From a virus (lineage: Duplodnaviria > Caudoviricetes), in IMG/VR virus record IMGVR_UViG_3300017771_000005, positions 1-63,394 of that record: a DNA stretch of 63,394 nucleotides; one strand, written 5' to 3'. The position numbers and the translations under genes were made by a program. Positions 60,549 through 63,394 of the stretch are shown piece after piece. Each line of letters starts with the position of its first letter. Position 1 is the first letter of the stretch. The notes below the pieces were generated by a model. That model made no database searches, had not been told where the DNA came from, and saw nothing but the letters and a program-made list of their open reading frames with translations.

Positions 60549-60868
60549 GCTCTCTTGAAAAGGAGGTAGGTTGATGACTTTTTAATGGTAACATCTCCGG
60601 AATCCTGATGATACTTTCGGAGGGCATCCAATACTTTCTTTTTTTGTTCAAACTCTGCCGGATATTGATACTCATTTCGAGTAGCAATTATAACTGTCCC
60701 GTATGGAGTTTCCTCTTTATCTGAGCGTTTCATTAACAACAACTCCATAATCTGTTGCCTTTTGTGTCTTTCTTTATTTTCTAGTGATTCTCGTTCGTGG
60801 ATTAGGTCAGTGAGTTCGGACGCTCGCGACCAAATTTCACTGTTTTTTGGTTTTGGTGTTGTTGTCAT
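60545..60868 (-). CDS. Early-region hypothetical protein with coiled-coil N-terminus
   Basis: 107-aa ORF downstream of a promoter module. Confidence 0.65.
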   Translation of the reverse strand: MTTTPKPKNSEIWSRASELTDLIHERESLENKERHKRQQIMELLLMKRSDKEETPYGTVIIATRNEYQYPAEFEQKKKVLDALRKYHQDSGDVTIKKSSTYLLFKRA

Positions 60869-60916
60869 TGTGGGGTGACCACTATGGGTTAAAAGGAATT
60901 TCGGATTCCTACGGGA

Positions 60917-60974
60917 ATCCTACAGGATGGGATTGGCAGGATCAAACATAATGTGACAGTCTGCAAAGTGTCCC
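60917..60974 (-). promoter_or_regulatory. Palindrome-(-10) promoter module
   Basis: GTGACA-N10-TGTCCC (60953-60974); TAGGAT 30 nt downstream on the minus strand. Confidence 0.55.
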
Positions 60975-61157
60975 TTTTTTGTTGCTTCTTATGTGTGGGA
61001 ACGAGGTTCGATCTGTTACAATACGTAGGAAATTCAATGGAGGTCTCAAACTCTTCAAAACATCAGCACAGTCACAGACCGTAACGTCATCTGTTAAGAT
61101 ATGCTCACGTTTCATTGACAGACACGCTGCCCCAGAAAAGTCCCGAATGATCTGCAT
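60942..61157 (-). CDS. Possible early hypothetical protein
   Basis: 71-aa ORF preceded by TTGGCA-17-CATGAT (61209-61181). Confidence 0.4.
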   Translation of the reverse strand: MQIIRDFSGAACLSMKREHILTDDVTVCDCADVLKSLRPPLNFLRIVTDRTSFPHIRSNKKGTLCRLSHYV

Positions 61158-61302
61158 TAGGTGGAATTGCTTACCCCCACATCATGCCCCAGATCACCGA
61201 TGCTGCCAACCCTTCAAATCCGAACAAATTCTAAAATCATTTCATTTCCTTATGTAACAATCCCTTGCCAAACTTGCCCACTTATGATACATCGCTTCGA
61301 CT

Positions 61303-61360
61303 GTGCCAATCCGGAAACTGGCACACTGACGGTTGACAAATCGTCCACAGTCGCCATCAT
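61303..61360 (+). promoter_or_regulatory. Plus-strand promoter module 1 facing the non-coding tract
   Basis: Perfect GTGCCA-N10-TGGCAC (61303-61324), then TTGACA-16-CATCAT. Confidence 0.55.
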
Positions 61361-61479
61361 GAATGATAAGCGATCTGAATGGCGTCTAGAAGTGTCCCTG
61401 ATGGATCTCTAGAGAGTCTTAGGTAAGGTTTAAGTCATCTAGATCCTCGCGGATCTTATAAGCATTTACAAGACGCGAT

Positions 61480-61536
61480 GTGCCAGTTTAACAGGTGGCA
61501 CACAATATTTGAGAATCTAAAAAAGTGTGCTAGGAT
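61480..61536 (+). promoter_or_regulatory. Plus-strand promoter module 2 facing the repeat tract
   Basis: Perfect GTGCCA-N10-TGGCAC (61480-61501), then TTGAGA-16-TAGGAT with extended -10 TG. Confidence 0.6.
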
Positions 61537-61539
61537 AAA

Positions 61540-61740
61540 GGGTTATATTAATATGTGATTGCTATATGTGAATCTAGTAGAGTATATGTGTGATATTAAA
61601 TGTGATCTAGATGTGTGATCTAGATTGATATTAATATGTGTGATCTAGTCTAGTTTATGTGTGATGTGTGATATTATCTCGACAAGATTGTGTGATATTA
61701 TCTCGTCGAGTTCCTATGATGTTAACTCGACGAGACTGTG
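61540..61740. repeat. Non-coding AT-rich TGTGAT/TCTAG repeat tract (candidate replication origin or ncRNA)
   Basis: Eight TGTGAT, five TCTAG, a direct repeat TGTGTGATATTATCTCG x2 and an inverted repeat TCTCGTCGAGTT...AACTCGACGAGA. Confidence 0.8.
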
Positions 61741-61746
61741 CTAGGA

Positions 61747-61763
61747 TGGGGGGTTGCCCCCCC
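61747..61763. terminator. GC hairpin between the GP88-like gene stop and the repeat tract
   Basis: GGGGGG-TTGC-CCCCCC; no U-tract. Confidence 0.4.
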
Positions 61764-61767
61764 TCCC

Positions 61768-62511
61768 TTAGTTTGAGTATCCTGCAAACTGTTTCGCCTT
61801 GCGACGGTCGCGGATCGCTGCTCCCCAGATGCTCCCCTTAGGTTGAGTACCATGGACTAGCAGGGCGAAGGGTCCATCCTTTAGGCAGTGTGAATCATCG
61901 TGATCCACTTCTAATCCCTCAGAGATTGCTTCTTCTTCAAACTTAAACACCTTAGAGTATCTGGGGAAGTAATTACGATCAATTAAGTGATCCCACTTAC
62001 CACCATATGATGCAGTCAGATAGAAGTTTGAAGGAAGATCAATAATATCCGCATCCAAATCATCAGTAAGAAAGAGATGCAGAGACTTGCTGTAACAGTA
62101 GAACTTAAGGTCGGGAAGTAACTTAGCGCACTCAATCCACCCTTGAAGATATTCTTTGGAGAAGAAATCGCCACTCTCATGAATCCTAACTTTGGTAGTG
62201 TGTTTAGTTCTTTGTGCCAGAATTGCATCATGTAGATTCAACGCCAGGTCATCATTGTGGATTGAATCAATCACTTGAGCAAAGTTTTCTGCTCGCATTT
62301 TGAACACTGCATCGTATTGAACTTCAGAGGATGCAGCAAAGCAACGGAACTTAGTCTCAGGACCGTCCACAATCTTGCGTTTCCCATCTGCCTGCTCAGT
62401 CGCAAATGCCTTGCAATGTAAAGCACCGGGGCAGGTCTTGCCAGCGGGAAGGTTGAAGATCAGGGTGTCTTTCGCCAGTTTGGCGTTGCCTTTGGAGAAT
62501 CGGAGGGTCAT
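61768..62511 (-). CDS. GP88-like protein (Cys-rich, radical-SAM-like pattern)
   Basis: GNAKL, F.LPAGKTCPGA..C...CFA, RIHESGDF, FYCYSKS. Confidence 0.7.
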   Translation of the reverse strand: MTLRFSKGNAKLAKDTLIFNLPAGKTCPGALHCKAFATEQADGKRKIVDGPETKFRCFAASSEVQYDAVFKMRAENFAQVIDSIHNDDLALNLHDAILAQRTKHTTKVRIHESGDFFSKEYLQGWIECAKLLPDLKFYCYSKSLHLFLTDDLDADIIDLPSNFYLTASYGGKWDHLIDRNYFPRYSKVFKFEEEAISEGLEVDHDDSHCLKDGPFALLVHGTQPKGSIWGAAIRDRRKAKQFAGYSN

Positions 62512-62534
62512 GGTTGTGTTCCTTTGACTCTTAT

Positions 62535-62593
62535 AAGATACAGAAAAACAGGGGAGAAGTAAATCCCCCCTGTGACAGTTCTATGATTGGCAG
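62535..62593 (-). promoter_or_regulatory. Palindrome-hairpin-(-10) promoter module upstream of the GP88-like gene
   Basis: GTGACA-N10-TGGCAG (62572-62593), hairpin ACAGGGG...CCCCTGT, TATCTT 31 nt downstream. Confidence 0.65.
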
Positions 62594-62859
62594 GAGATCG
62601 GAAGCACCTTAAAGATAAAGGCAGCAACGCGATCACGCTTACGAATCTGCTGGATCTCCCATAGGTTACGCTTGCCAGTCTTCTTATGCTTTGACGCATG
62701 TAGAATTTGCTCCCTCTCCATATCTGCCATTAAGGCATGAATGGTTCCCTTGTGTCTCTGAGGATCCATACCCATCATCTTTACGATTTCAGAGCAGGTT
62801 GCTGGACCCTTATTGATTAGGGTGGATCGGATTGAAGCACGAATGATCGAAGAAATCAT
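62581..62859 (-). CDS. Small winged-helix-like DNA-binding protein
   Basis: L..KGPATCSEI...MG......TI...M..ME....L followed by a wing with W. Confidence 0.55.
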   Translation of the reverse strand: MISSIIRASIRSTLINKGPATCSEIVKMMGMDPQRHKGTIHALMADMEREQILHASKHKKTGKRNLWEIQQIRKRDRVAAFIFKVLPISCQS

Positions 62860-62908
62860 GATTTCTATTGGTTGTGGAGGGTTGTCCCCCGTTTCCTAAT
62901 GATACACC

Positions 62909-63049
62909 CTAGGATGCAGGTTGACCAATCTCTTCAGATTGATTTAACCATTCAAACATCGCTTCTAGGGTTGCATCATCCAGGTCTATCTTACCATGGG
63001 TGTCAAGTTCTTCAATCTGTTGCTTGGTTAGGAAGAGATCGCGGAGCAT
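62909..63049 (-). CDS. Small acidic hypothetical protein (46 aa)
   Basis: Missing from ORF track: MLRDLFLTKQQIEELDTHGKIDLDDATLEAMFEWLNQSEEIGQPAS; directly downstream of a promoter module. Confidence 0.55.
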   Translation of the reverse strand: MLRDLFLTKQQIEELDTHGKIDLDDATLEAMFEWLNQSEEIGQPAS

Positions 63050-63073
63050 GTCAGAGGTGTTCGGCACTCATTA

Positions 63074-63130
63074 ACAATACATCAGAAAGGGGGGATTCTC
63101 CCCCCAGTGTGCCACTTCCTAAACTGTCAC
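63074..63130 (-). promoter_or_regulatory. Palindrome-hairpin-(-10) promoter module
   Basis: GTGCCA-N10-TGTCAC (63109-63130), hairpin GGGGGGA-GAA-TCCCCCC, TATTGT 29 nt downstream. Confidence 0.6.
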
Positions 63131-63132
63131 AA

Positions 63133-63363
63133 TCACGCTTGTGCTTCGGTGATAACACCTTCACGCTGCCATGCAATGAACTGCTTACCAACAGACTCAG
63201 CAGAGTCTAGGGTGATCAGTTGATCTTCAGAGAGAGTGGTTGCGAAGTCGTAGACTTTCTCAGGGGAGGACTGGTAGGAAACCTTTAGATCTCCAGGAGA
63301 TACCATCTCAACTTTGTTGAGCATGGATGATTGCTCTTGATCGAAAATGCGGATAAATGCCAT
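63133..63363 (-). CDS. KTSC-domain-like small protein
   Basis: SSML..V....L.V.Y.S....Y.F...SVGK.F pattern. Confidence 0.55.
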   Translation of the reverse strand: MAFIRIFDQEQSSMLNKVEMVSPGDLKVSYQSSPEKVYDFATTLSEDQLITLDSAESVGKQFIAWQREGVITEAQA

Positions 63364-63394
63364 AATGAAAAATGAATTCGACTTGTTTAATATA

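Noticed and set aside
61540-61740. Repeat tract as a CRISPR or mini-CRISPR array
   Set aside because: Repeats are 5-17 nt, irregularly spaced, with no unique 30-40-nt spacers and no cas genes
59020-61760. tRNA genes in the intergenic gaps
   Set aside because: No T-loop GTTCRA plus acceptor-stem pattern found by eye
62508-62699. 63-aa minus-strand ORF
   Set aside because: Overlaps the 62581-62859 gene out of frame and spans the promoter module
61161-63210. Plus-strand ORFs 61161-61412 and 62872-63210
   Set aside because: Run through promoter modules or are antisense to better supported minus-strand ORFs; no RBS or recognisable motif

Overview
63.4-kb segment of a T4-like cyanomyovirus (Kyanoviridae-type). 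Essentially every real gene is on the minus strand. In transcription order (right to left): (1) a hypervariable early region of small ORFs, each behind a modular promoter (palindrome GTG[AC]CA-N10-TG[GT]CAC or CTTAAG, often a GC hairpin, then a -10 box), containing a non-coding TGTGAT/TCTAG repeat tract fed by two plus-strand promoters (origin-like); (2) a GT-A-type protein and a small basic peptide; (3) an inserted three-gene cassette with two tandem AGAT/StrB1-family amidinotransferase paralogues; (4) the virion module g25-g6-g7(two ORFs)-g8-DUF4815-g13-g14-g15-g16-g17-g18-g19-g20-g21-g22-g23-(HNH)-g3, in which g14 is split around a collagen/cupredoxin-like fibre gene and a subtilisin protease gene; (5) the recombination/transcription block uvsY-uvsW-g55-g47-g46, a VWA/HExxH protein, a CobS-like AAA+ ATPase and a partial DUF3310-like gene. 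No tRNA, rRNA or CRISPR array was seen. Family calls rest on recognised motifs and synteny; no database search was run.
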